In this document: piece by piece, positions 8,700 through 17,273 of the stretch
How positions within the stretch are numbered: the first letter of the stretch is position 1
Layout of the letters: every line of letters begins with the position of its first letter
DNA from: a virus
Direction: 5' to 3' (one strand)
Virus record (IMG/VR): IMGVR_UViG_3300009514_000888
Coordinates: 96,001 to 160,000 of that record
DNA length: 64,000 bases
Notes under the pieces: generated by a model
Told to the model about the DNA's origin: nothing
Seen by the model: only the letters and a program-made list of their open reading frames with translations
Database searches by the model: none
Position numbers and translations under genes: made by a program

Positions 8700-9817
8700 A
8701 GACGATCAGTCTGTATTTTGATGGAAGCATTCTGCGCGCCGCGCGCGCCTCAGATGGACAATATCTTGTGAAGGACAACAATTACTCCGTTGGGCTATGG
8801 TCCGGAGAGCATGTCAAGGCAGCTGTGCCGCCTTCTCCGCTAGAAATGCCGCCTGTTTCGTCATTTAAGCCTTACTTAAATGGGCGATATGAAGTCTCTA
8901 TGGGTATCTATTCTATCGGGACCGATTTTGGGAATGGCGAAGCAGATAAGCGCATTTTTCAAATTGACAGAGATTTTTATCGTTACCAGGAAGCCAAGAG
9001 AGAATCTGCCAGGAGTCAGATTGGGCATATTCATTTACGTGGAGGGCTAGGCAATGACGCGGAGGCGTCGGCCACATCTTACTTTGTGCATACTTTATCG
9101 AGGGAGTATCCGGACTATTTCTCTCTAAGACGTATGAGGCATGGGTATCTTGAATTTCGTTCTTACTTAGATGGATATGTCTTAACGCTCAATCGTCGTA
9201 TGCAATTATTGGGCGTCTACAATCAATACGATCCAGGCACTTATGACAGGGATATGAGCCTGAACTTGACATCTTTGGACTGTTTGGGTTTTATGATTCA
9301 GGCAGACTTTGCAATTGTAGAATTCAACAAAAACAGGGATTGGGTCAGTTACATGCATGTATCCATGCCTTCGGGTTGGCGTCCGAAGGATAAAATTATG
9401 AAGAGCTTTTCTGATGTGCATAAGCCCGTTCCTGGCATGGGCAAGCTGCGTAAACAAGGGTTCCAAATTAGCCAGACGATTTGCCGAAAAGGACCATTTG
9501 TGCGATTTGTCTGGGGGCCAACTAGCGATTTGGACCTAGATCACCATCCAGATAGGTTTTCGCCTAAAGGTTGGGGGAATATTTACCTCCGCGTAGAAAG
9601 ACAGGTAACGGTGCCTTTTCCGGATTGTAATGCATGTTTATTCTTAATTCACGTGTATCCGGTCGATGTAGATTGGGGAGTCGATACCGAAACGAGTGCC
9701 GCTATCATATCAGCAATCGAGGGCATGACAGGGGAGGAGCTGCGCTACAAAGGGCTGGATGGCTGGGAAGACAGAATAGTTGGATATATAGAAAGGAAGT
9801 GCAAAAAGCGCATTTGA
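8696..9817 (+). CDS. DUF3445 family (heme-dependent oxidative N-demethylase alpha-like) protein
   Basis: MPSGWRPKDKI..F..VHKPVP, RFVWG, LDHHP and LRVERQ..PF...LFLIH motifs. Confidence 0.7.
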   Translation: MKTISLYFDGSILRAARASDGQYLVKDNNYSVGLWSGEHVKAAVPPSPLEMPPVSSFKPYLNGRYEVSMGIYSIGTDFGNGEADKRIFQIDRDFYRYQEAKRESARSQIGHIHLRGGLGNDAEASATSYFVHTLSREYPDYFSLRRMRHGYLEFRSYLDGYVLTLNRRMQLLGVYNQYDPGTYDRDMSLNLTSLDCLGFMIQADFAIVEFNKNRDWVSYMHVSMPSGWRPKDKIMKSFSDVHKPVPGMGKLRKQGFQISQTICRKGPFVRFVWGPTSDLDLDHHPDRFSPKGWGNIYLRVERQVTVPFPDCNACLFLIHVYPVDVDWGVDTETSAAIISAIEGMTGEELRYKGLDGWEDRIVGYIERKCKKRI

Positions 9818-9860
9818 ATTACAAATGAATTAGTGTATTTGCACCAAAGAAGGGGACGGC

Positions 9861-10610
9861 ATGCCTAATCGTAAGAAAGAAAAGACACAGAGCAGATCAC
9901 GGAAAGCAAAAGAGGCGGCTAATCATTTTATCCAATGCTTTGACGAGACTGATGGAGCAGAAAACCTAGAAGAGCTTACTGAAGCCGTATCTGAATCCGT
10001 ATCTGAATCCGTATCTGAATCCGTATCTGAATCTACTGCTACAGAAAATCAATCATTATCAGTTACCCGCAAGCCATACGTCGCCCAGCGAGTTCCCTAT
10101 CTACGATGGTGGTTGTTGCTGTGTAGCATTTTGGTTGGAGCATATTTGTGCTGGAAACTTGGTTTCTTTCATACAGTGATGGAACACGACATCACAAAGA
10201 TCAGCCTATTGATTGCGGCTATTTTTATATACATGACGATCTTGTGCGGCTACTTGACGTGGAGGGTCAGTTGTTATGTAGATATGCTGGGTATGAAGGT
10301 GGATGTTCGCCCTGGCGGAGAGATGGTGTCGCTGGAGAGGCTCAGACATCGGGCGGAGGTTGGTTGGTTTTTCAGCGATCAATGTTTGACGCTAGGCATG
10401 ATTGGTACTGTCGTTGGTTTTATCATCATGTTAGCTGGCGGGTTTCAGCAACTAACAGGAGGAGACACTACAGCCATACAAGCATTGATCGGCAAGATTA
10501 GCGCTGGCATGGCAACCGCTCTCTATACCACTCTTGTGGGATTGGTATGCAGCTTGCTTTTGAAGTTACAATATTTCAATCTTAGTCGAGCAATAGAAGA
10601 ATTGAAATGA
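9861..10610 (+). CDS. MotA/TolQ/ExbB proton-channel family membrane protein
   Basis: Four TM segments; LGMIGTVVGF and GMATALYTTLVGL motifs. Confidence 0.85.
   Translation: MPNRKKEKTQSRSRKAKEAANHFIQCFDETDGAENLEELTEAVSESVSESVSESVSESTATENQSLSVTRKPYVAQRVPYLRWWLLLCSILVGAYLCWKLGFFHTVMEHDITKISLLIAAIFIYMTILCGYLTWRVSCYVDMLGMKVDVRPGGEMVSLERLRHRAEVGWFFSDQCLTLGMIGTVVGFIIMLAGGFQQLTGGDTTAIQALIGKISAGMATALYTTLVGLVCSLLLKLQYFNLSRAIEELK
9985..10032 (+). repeat. Tandem repeat, 4 x CCGTATCTGAAT (encodes VSES repeats)
   Basis: Four exact 12-bp copies in the N-terminal linker of the ExbB-like gene. Confidence 0.95.
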
Positions 10611-11296
10611 GAAAATATGGCGCTCAAACTGCGTTTCTGGACGTGTTGTTCTTATCCTTATTAGGCTTCGTGGCACTGACCCTTTTGGAGTTACTGCTTA
10701 TCAATCCGATTGAGCAGAATAAGACTATTGAGGCCAGGGCAGAATTTATGATTACCGTGAGTTGGCCGGATGATCTTGCTCATGATGTAGATACATGGGT
10801 AGAAGACCCTGTTGGCAATGTTGTCTCGTTTAAGCAGAGAGAAAAAGGCTTGATGCATCTGGATCGTGATGATCTTGGACATCGGAATGACACGATTATG
10901 ACTGAATACGGGAGGGTGGAGTTCAAGGGTAATCGAGAGATTGTAACAGTTCGTGGGATAGTCCCTGGCGAATACATCGTCAATGTCCACCTGTATCGTA
11001 TGGAGAGCCAGGATGAAGCCCTGGTCACTGTTCAATTGGATAAGATCAGTCCTTTTAAGACTGTCATTGTTAAAATGGTAACGCTTGTGAGTCATGGAGA
11101 AGAATTAACAGCATTTCGTTTTTATGTCAATAGAGATGGACAGGTTTCGAATCTCAATGAATTGCCTAAGTTTGTGGCTCAACCGCAGCTGAACCCAGGG
11201 TTTGTCGGAACGCCACCGGCGTCGCGTCCGAATGCCATCAACCCGCCCAACCATGACGGAGTCCCTAACCTGATCCCTGACGAGGAAGATGAATGA
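10607..11296 (+). CDS. Single-pass membrane protein, ExbD/MotB-like partner
   Basis: N-terminal TM with Asp (AFLDVLF), beta-rich soluble domain, ATGA-coupled to the ExbB-like gene. Confidence 0.6.
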   Translation: MRKYGAQTAFLDVLFLSLLGFVALTLLELLLINPIEQNKTIEARAEFMITVSWPDDLAHDVDTWVEDPVGNVVSFKQREKGLMHLDRDDLGHRNDTIMTEYGRVEFKGNREIVTVRGIVPGEYIVNVHLYRMESQDEALVTVQLDKISPFKTVIVKMVTLVSHGEELTAFRFYVNRDGQVSNLNELPKFVAQPQLNPGFVGTPPASRPNAINPPNHDGVPNLIPDEEDE

Positions 11297-11904
11297 GTAT
11301 CACGATTCCCCTTGCCTTCATTATGATGAATGCCATTGTCTTGTGGCTGATCATCGGGACCAAGGGATCAAAAGTCAACCCTGGTGCCCCTGGCAGCTCA
11401 ATACTGAAGCTGATGGTACTGTTGATGGCTAACTATTTTGCTATAGCCATTTGGCATTCCTTAGATAGCTATAAAGGATGGGCAACCCCGGATGCCTTAC
11501 CAGCGGAATTTGTGGTCATAGGAGCAGATGTGATAGAACCCAAGAAGACCACTGGCGATCCAGGATATGTATACTTGTGGATCAAAATCATAGACAAGGA
11601 TACGGATCAGGATCGCATATTGTCCTGGATGGGATATCATGCCGGTCCGGGGGAGCCTCGGGCCTATGCATTGCCATACTCTCGTAAACTTCATGAGCAA
11701 GTCAACCAGATACAACAGATGTTGCGTGACGGGAAAATGGTTAAGGGACAAAATGGAAAACCAGGAGAAGGCGACGGGATCAAGGACAAAGATGGCGACA
11801 AGGATGGCAGTAGTGGTGAAGGGGATATGAGTCAAGAGCAGGAAATAGAATTTCATGAGCTGAGGCCAGGATCATTGCCAGACAAGTATAAGAGACATCA
11901 TTGA
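11293..11904 (+). CDS. Membrane protein, third gene of the ExbB-like cluster
   Basis: Two N-terminal TM segments, EPRAYALPY motif, Gly/Asp-rich tail; ATGA overlap. Confidence 0.65.
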   Translation: MSITIPLAFIMMNAIVLWLIIGTKGSKVNPGAPGSSILKLMVLLMANYFAIAIWHSLDSYKGWATPDALPAEFVVIGADVIEPKKTTGDPGYVYLWIKIIDKDTDQDRILSWMGYHAGPGEPRAYALPYSRKLHEQVNQIQQMLRDGKMVKGQNGKPGEGDGIKDKDGDKDGSSGEGDMSQEQEIEFHELRPGSLPDKYKRHH

Positions 11905-12116
11905 TGATTTGGGCAGTTATTGATTTAGGGAACAACGAGCAGGTCGTGCATCGCAAGGACATCTTGTATGTAATGCTTAGTAGAGAGCAATACAGACCTC
12001 TGAGCTGGCAGGTGTTAATGGAATGGGAGGACGAGGAGATGGAGGGCTTCCTGTATTCTATGCAGGCGGCGGGTGCCTCTGACCCTGTAATTACTTATCC
12101 CTACAAAATGGAATGA
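11901..12116 (+). CDS. Small hypothetical protein
   Basis: Overlap-coupled on both sides. Confidence 0.55.
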   Translation: MMIWAVIDLGNNEQVVHRKDILYVMLSREQYRPLSWQVLMEWEDEEMEGFLYSMQAAGASDPVITYPYKME

Positions 12117-12997
12117 TATTTGACTACGAAACTGCTTTCTCCCGTAACCTTGGATGGTTGACTCTTGATGAGCAGCAAATTCTAAGGGGGAAATGTGTCG
12201 CCATTGCTGGGTTGGGCGGCGTAGGCGGGCATTACTTATTAACATTAGCCAGGATGGGTATCGGTTCGTTTCGCATATCTGATATTGACGATTTTGAGTT
12301 AGAAAACTTTAATCGACAAATGGGAGCAACTTTGCGGACAATTGGGAACCCCAAGGTAGGTATTTTGCGAGATCAAGCCCTGGATATCAACCCAGAATTG
12401 AATATAGAGATATTCCCCAATGGCGTGTTCCGATACAATGTGTCGGATTTTTTGAGAGGCGCAGATATCTTTGTAGATGGATTTGACTTGTTTGCCATAC
12501 AAGAGCGACAAGACACTTTTGCCATGTGTCATAGAATGAAGATGCCTGCCATTACCTCCGCGCCGCTTGGGATGGGGGCATCCTGCATTTCTTTCTTCCC
12601 GGACAAAATGACTTTTGAAGAATATTTTCGCCTAGAAGGGCATTCCCCGGTCGAGCAGCTGATCAGGTTTTTGGTGGGCATGTCTCCTCGCGCTTTGCAT
12701 GCCAAATATCTCGCAGACTTTTCTCACATTGACTTCGAAAACCGGCAGGTGCCTTCGACGGCAATGGGCTGTTATTTGGCGGCAGGCTGGGTGGGCGCTC
12801 AGGTAGTCAAGATTCTTCTGGGTCGCAGGGGCATGAAATATGCGCCTCATATTTATCATTTCGATGCCTATCGTGGCATGATGAAACATTCTTGGCGTCC
12901 ATTCGGCAATAACAACCCTTTACAGAAGATTATCTTGAGCCTGGCTCGCCGTAAATACGCCAGATTATCTAGGCAAATAAAGAAGGAATTGTCCTAG
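12113..12997 (+). CDS. ThiF/MoeB (E1-like) family adenylyltransferase
   Basis: AFSRNLG, IAGLGGVGG, SDIDDFELENFNRQ and FVDGFD motifs. Confidence 0.88.
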   Translation: MIFDYETAFSRNLGWLTLDEQQILRGKCVAIAGLGGVGGHYLLTLARMGIGSFRISDIDDFELENFNRQMGATLRTIGNPKVGILRDQALDINPELNIEIFPNGVFRYNVSDFLRGADIFVDGFDLFAIQERQDTFAMCHRMKMPAITSAPLGMGASCISFFPDKMTFEEYFRLEGHSPVEQLIRFLVGMSPRALHAKYLADFSHIDFENRQVPSTAMGCYLAAGWVGAQVVKILLGRRGMKYAPHIYHFDAYRGMMKHSWRPFGNNNPLQKIILSLARRKYARLSRQIKKELS

Positions 12998-13036
12998 AAA
13001 AATAGTATTATTACATAGGAGATAAGGAGGGAAGAG

Positions 13037-13285
13037 ATGCGTAAACTTTGGCATTTCATCGGTATGCTATTCGGATTTTGCGTTCGTCCCAAAGGGCGAG
13101 AATGGGTCTTGGTAGACAAGACTGTTTTGCCGTCTGCTTGGCAGCAGATGATTGACAAAGGACTGACGCCGAGGACCGTGGATACGACAGAAGCAGGCGC
13201 AACATTTTTCCGCAACAAAGTAGTTTATACGTATCGTTGCAGGAGAACGAAAGAAGTAAAAAAAGTCGTAGAGTATAATCCTTGA
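13037..13285 (+). CDS. Small hypothetical protein
   Basis: Strong AAGGAGG RBS. Confidence 0.65.
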   Translation: MRKLWHFIGMLFGFCVRPKGREWVLVDKTVLPSAWQQMIDKGLTPRTVDTTEAGATFFRNKVVYTYRCRRTKEVKKVVEYNP

Positions 13286-13423
13286 TTTTCACAGAAATTA
13301 AGACCCAAGTTGTATAAAGCTTGCGAGTCTTAGAAGGAGTACTGCCTACGTAGATGGTAGTACATACCTAGATCAGCTGATCAAAAATATCAGTAAGCCA
13401 CAAACCTAATAGGAGGGTACGAA

Positions 13424-13843
13424 ATGGCTGAATTGCTCCCTGAATCCGGAGAAGAGATCAATCCTCGTAAGGGCGAGGATAATTACCAGATTCTCTTCAA
13501 CAATGCCAAGCTGACCTACGATAAGTTTCTGGATATCATCTCTCGCGAGAGTGTACGTTCCAGCGACCATTCTGCTCAGTTGAACAACATTGCTGTTCAG
13601 CACTTGCAGAATGCCGTAGAGAATGCTAACCTGATTTCCAAGAACAGCATTGTTAACCTTGACCTGTGCGACAAGCACGCCATGAACAACTTCGCTCTGA
13701 GCGTTAATAAGCTCTGGAATCTTGAGGTTCCCGAGGCTGCAAGCCAGGCTGAAGTTCTGAAGGCTGTTGGCATGGATCAGGCCACTATCGCTGCTATTCA
13801 GGCTGCCGTCGTTGCGGCTGTCCAGAATGCAGTCGCTAAGTAA
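13424..13843 (+). CDS. Helical Asn/Ala/Gln-rich protein, tandem paralog A
   Basis: AGGAGG RBS; aligns end to end with 13929-14399. Confidence 0.85.
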   Translation: MAELLPESGEEINPRKGEDNYQILFNNAKLTYDKFLDIISRESVRSSDHSAQLNNIAVQHLQNAVENANLISKNSIVNLDLCDKHAMNNFALSVNKLWNLEVPEAASQAEVLKAVGMDQATIAAIQAAVVAAVQNAVAK

Positions 13844-13854
13844 TTGGTAATCCA

Positions 13855-13890
13855 CGTTATAGCCGGGAAACCGGCTATAACGGTTTTGTT
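13855..13890 (+). terminator. 12-bp perfect hairpin with GAAA loop between the paralogs (terminator or stabilising stem)
   Basis: CGTTATAGCCGG-GAAA-CCGGCTATAACG followed by GTTTTGTT. Confidence 0.75.
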
Positions 13891-13928
13891 AACGTTAACG
13901 TCCACTTGATATCAAGGAGAACGAAGAG

Positions 13929-14399
13929 ATGGCTGAAACGATTGAAAATGGCGAGACTCTGAATCCTGAGTCCGGAGAGGAAGTAAATCCCCGTAAGGGA
14001 GAGGATAACTACCAGAACTTGTTCAACAACTCTAAGCTCACGTATGACAAATTCCTCGACCTGATTACGCGCGATAGCCATCGCAGTAGCGATCATGGCG
14101 CGCAGATGAATCACATTGCGATGCAGGCGCTTCAAAATGCTGTTGAAAATGCAAATATGTTAGCGAAGAACAATCTTACCAATGCTGACCTGCTGAATAA
14201 GCACAGTATGAATAATTTTGCGGTAGCCACCGATAGGATGTGGAACCTAGAAGTGACGGAGGCTGCTTCTATGTCCAGTCTGCTTAAGGCGTCTGGCATG
14301 AACCAGGCCACCATTGCGGCTATACAGTCCCTAATTGTCAAGACTGTTCAAGACACGTTGGCAAATATGGCTGCCGGTGACGAAGACGGCGGCGAGTGA
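13929..14399 (+). CDS. Helical Asn/Ala/Gln-rich protein, tandem paralog B
   Basis: AAGGAG RBS; shares PESGEE.NPRKGEDNYQ.LFNN.KLTYDKFLD and LQNAVENAN with paralog A. Confidence 0.85.
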   Translation: MAETIENGETLNPESGEEVNPRKGEDNYQNLFNNSKLTYDKFLDLITRDSHRSSDHGAQMNHIAMQALQNAVENANMLAKNNLTNADLLNKHSMNNFAVATDRMWNLEVTEAASMSSLLKASGMNQATIAAIQSLIVKTVQDTLANMAAGDEDGGE

Positions 14400-14426
14400 A
14401 AGGGCTAAATGCCTAAACAGAAATCT

Positions 14427-14455
14427 AGCCCCGCTCTATGAGCGGGGCTTTTTTT
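14427..14455 (+). terminator. Rho-independent terminator
   Basis: AGCCCCGCTC-TAT-GAGCGGGGCT followed by a T run. Confidence 0.9.
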
Positions 14456-14504
14456 CGTGCGATAATTTGCCGATAGAAACCAGAGACAACAGACGGAGAC
14501 AATC

Positions 14505-14918
14505 ATGCTATCCTCTACCATTGTTGATGAAGCGTTCAAGCCTATCGTTTTTGGGCTTGATTTAGGCGCGTTGCTCGTTTTGGGATGTTTTGTGGCTTAT
14601 GCTGCTTTGACGCTAGTGGTCTTCTGGAAGGCGCATGAGAAGGGCAAGAGATGCGGCGTCTATGAAGGCTACTCCACTGGATACCAGGCAGGACAATCGC
14701 CAGAACCAGAACCAGAACCAGAAGCAGAACCGTCACTGGAGCCCCTGCTAGAGATGGACCCGGAGCCAGCAAAGACGGTTCGAAGAACTGTCAAGGTCAG
14801 GACGAGCAAGAAAGGAGAGCAGACCGCAGTGGCTCCCAAGCGAAGGGGCAGACCTCCTGGGTCTAAGAATAAGAAAAAAACTCCAGCCAAGAAAGCCTCT
14901 CACAAAAAGAGGGATTAG
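14505..14918 (+). CDS. Membrane-anchored protein with EP repeat and AT-hook-like basic tail
   Basis: N-terminal TM, 4 x CCAGAA repeat at 14700-14723, KRRGRPPGSKNK. Confidence 0.7.
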   Translation: MLSSTIVDEAFKPIVFGLDLGALLVLGCFVAYAALTLVVFWKAHEKGKRCGVYEGYSTGYQAGQSPEPEPEPEAEPSLEPLLEMDPEPAKTVRRTVKVRTSKKGEQTAVAPKRRGRPPGSKNKKKTPAKKASHKKRD

Positions 14919-14960
14919 CCCTATGGGTGGGCAAGGTATGCATAGGAAAGGATGCGAATT

Positions 14961-15068
14961 ATGGTTTGGTTTATCCTGGGGTTCGTATGCGGCGTCTTGT
15001 TTGCCCTTCCCGCACGCGCTTTGTGGGGCAATCTTATGCGCTGGATCAATAAGAAACTGGACAAATAA
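14961..15068 (+). CDS. 35-aa membrane peptide (below the ORF-track cut-off)
   Basis: MVWFILGFVCGVLFALPARALWGNLMRWINKKLDK; purine-rich RBS upstream. Confidence 0.55.
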   Translation: MVWFILGFVCGVLFALPARALWGNLMRWINKKLDK

Positions 15069-15140
15069 AGATCAATCGAGCACCAGCGCATAGCCAGGTT
15101 CGAAAGAAAGACTAATTGTTCGTGCCTCCTGTCGCTTCAT

Positions 15141-15179
15141 AACAAGCCCAGCGTTTTCTCGACGTTGGGCTTGTTTTTT
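15141..15179 (+). terminator. Rho-independent terminator
   Basis: AACAAGCCCAGCGT / ACGTTGGGCTTGTT stem followed by Ts. Confidence 0.8.
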
Positions 15180-15198
15180 GTCGATATCTAATTATGCC

Positions 15199-16584
15199 AT
15201 GAAGTTTATCAACGAGACGAAAAACACTGTTTACCTACATGATATAGATAAGCATATAACTTACCAGGGAGATGAGCCTCAGGAGATAGATGCAGATACT
15301 ATTTTGAAGTCTCATGGCTTCCAAAAGCTAGTAGAGATAGGGAAGTTCAGGATCGTATCTATTGGCTCTAGTCGCATAGAGAAAAACCTGCTGCGAATAC
15401 AGAAAATGAAGATTGTTAATGCCCATCCTGTTGTCACTGAAAACCAGCACATAGCAACGGACCTGGAGGTCCTGATCAAAGGACACTTCCTGGAAGCCGG
15501 AGGATATGCCAAGGTGAACCGGAACCTCGCGCTTGGGTTGCAGAAATTGGGTGTCAACGTCAAGGTGGATATCGTAGGCGGCACAAAGTCAGAATTGACA
15601 GCACAGGAGATGAAATCTATTCTGAGGCTCAGGGGTAAGCCCAGCCGTAATGCTATTCGATTGGACAGCGTAGTCCCCACGTTTGGCGTCTGTAGTCCAG
15701 GGAAGCACAAGATACTCTATACGACGGTCGAGGCTCATTCGGTCCCAGATCAATTCATAGAAGCCGCAAATATATATGACGAAGTCTGGGTAACATCCAA
15801 CTTTTGCGCGGATATTCTAACGAAATCAGGACTTGCAAAGCCTGTATTTGTTTTGCCAGATTCGATAGATACATCCCTATATACCGAGGAAGGGGAAGAA
15901 TACGAGTTCCAGCCATCTCTTAGCAACCATTTTGTGTTTGTAAGTGTATTTGGTTGGTCTTATCGCAAGGGATACGATGTCCTGCTGAAAGCATATTTGC
16001 GGGAATTCAGCGGAGATGATCCTGTTACATTGTTGCTGGTTAGCCGATTCCAGAACCGCTCATCCAATAGACAGCATATTAAAGATGAGGTATCTTCCTA
16101 TATCAGGCAATATGGGGGCGATAACCCGCCCAATATTGTGCGATGCTCCAAAGTGATACCAGAACATCAGATGCCGTCTTTATATCGGGCATGTGATGCG
16201 TTTGTGCTTTTTACTCGCGGCGAGGGATTTTCTCTTTGTTATCCAGAGGCATCGTTGTGCGGTTTGCCTATTATTGGCACCAATTGTAGCGGGCAAACTA
16301 TGTTCTTGAATCATCAGAACTCTTATCTTTTGGAGCCAGATCGATTTGCCAAGATGCCGCCTGGGAAGATGCATGTGCATTACTGGGACAATCAAGTCTT
16401 CCCCGTGTTAACATCCGATGAAGTTATTGATGAGGCCGGCGGGCTCATGAGAGCAGTATATGAGGATGTCATAACAGCAGTTAAGAAAAATGACAAGCTA
16501 CAGAAGTGGGTAAGAGAGAATTACCCGATAGAAACAGTCGCCCAGAAAGCGAAGGATCAGCTGTTAAGGAATTGGAGACCATAA
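15199..16584 (+). CDS. Glycosyltransferase family 4 (GT-B) with N-terminal extra module
   Basis: GGYAKVNR, YTTVE, YDEVWVTS, RKGYDVLLKAY and TRGEGFSLCYPEA motifs. Confidence 0.9.
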   Translation: MKFINETKNTVYLHDIDKHITYQGDEPQEIDADTILKSHGFQKLVEIGKFRIVSIGSSRIEKNLLRIQKMKIVNAHPVVTENQHIATDLEVLIKGHFLEAGGYAKVNRNLALGLQKLGVNVKVDIVGGTKSELTAQEMKSILRLRGKPSRNAIRLDSVVPTFGVCSPGKHKILYTTVEAHSVPDQFIEAANIYDEVWVTSNFCADILTKSGLAKPVFVLPDSIDTSLYTEEGEEYEFQPSLSNHFVFVSVFGWSYRKGYDVLLKAYLREFSGDDPVTLLLVSRFQNRSSNRQHIKDEVSSYIRQYGGDNPPNIVRCSKVIPEHQMPSLYRACDAFVLFTRGEGFSLCYPEASLCGLPIIGTNCSGQTMFLNHQNSYLLEPDRFAKMPPGKMHVHYWDNQVFPVLTSDEVIDEAGGLMRAVYEDVITAVKKNDKLQKWVRENYPIETVAQKAKDQLLRNWRP

Positions 16585-17273
16585 TGTTAGCTGTGGTAGA
16601 CCCGTCTCGGCACACGATAATCTTGTATGGGAGCTTTGGGGAAAGGGCTTTTACTTTTTCCCAGGTTCGAGAGTTCGAGGCGGCATTCGACAGAACTCCC
16701 ATGACTTATGTGACAGCCGCGATTCATACATCAGGGGCAGAGGTCGCAAACCTGGTGCGCAGCATGAGTGAGGGGCCTGCCACGGATGCGCCGACAGAAC
16801 CCGTGAGTCAGTTCTACTATCTTCGTTCGACAGCCAAGGGTTCATGCGTTATTAGTGGAACTAGCTTATCGTTTACAGGGCCAAGCGATGCCAAGAGGCT
16901 TGACGAAGACTTGGTTCAATTAATTCAGAATAGCGATGTTTTGCAGAACCTTATCAAGCAGGGAAGGCTTGAGATCATTAGCGAGCATCAATTCAAACAG
17001 GTTTGCAGAGATCATCAGGCGTATCTATCTAAAAGACATAAGCTAGAGCATTTGCGGGATAAGAAGGAATTGGATTCTATCCTGATCCAGAATGATAAGC
17101 CTGGGTCAGCGTTAGAGGTAGCGATTGGGGGGCGTCCAGACCCAGACGATATTGTCGTCACAGAGGATATGACGGAAGATATAAACAAAGGACGTAGGTC
17201 TTTGGAAGATTTGAATCCTGATGATTTAACGCCGGAAGAATTAGCATCTCTTTATGGCGGGGATTTCGCGTGA
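16584..17273 (+). CDS. Hypothetical protein with acidic tail
   Basis: TAATG overlap with the GT4 stop. Confidence 0.7.
   Translation: MLAVVDPSRHTIILYGSFGERAFTFSQVREFEAAFDRTPMTYVTAAIHTSGAEVANLVRSMSEGPATDAPTEPVSQFYYLRSTAKGSCVISGTSLSFTGPSDAKRLDEDLVQLIQNSDVLQNLIKQGRLEIISEHQFKQVCRDHQAYLSKRHKLEHLRDKKELDSILIQNDKPGSALEVAIGGRPDPDDIVVTEDMTEDINKGRRSLEDLNPDDLTPEELASLYGGDFA

Noticed and set aside
12113-14399. ThiF enzyme plus tandem small proteins as a RiPP (microcin C-like) or ubiquitin-like conjugation cluster
   Set aside because: The paralogs are 139-156 aa with no leader/core pattern or C-terminal GG, and no peptidase, transporter or E2 is adjacent.
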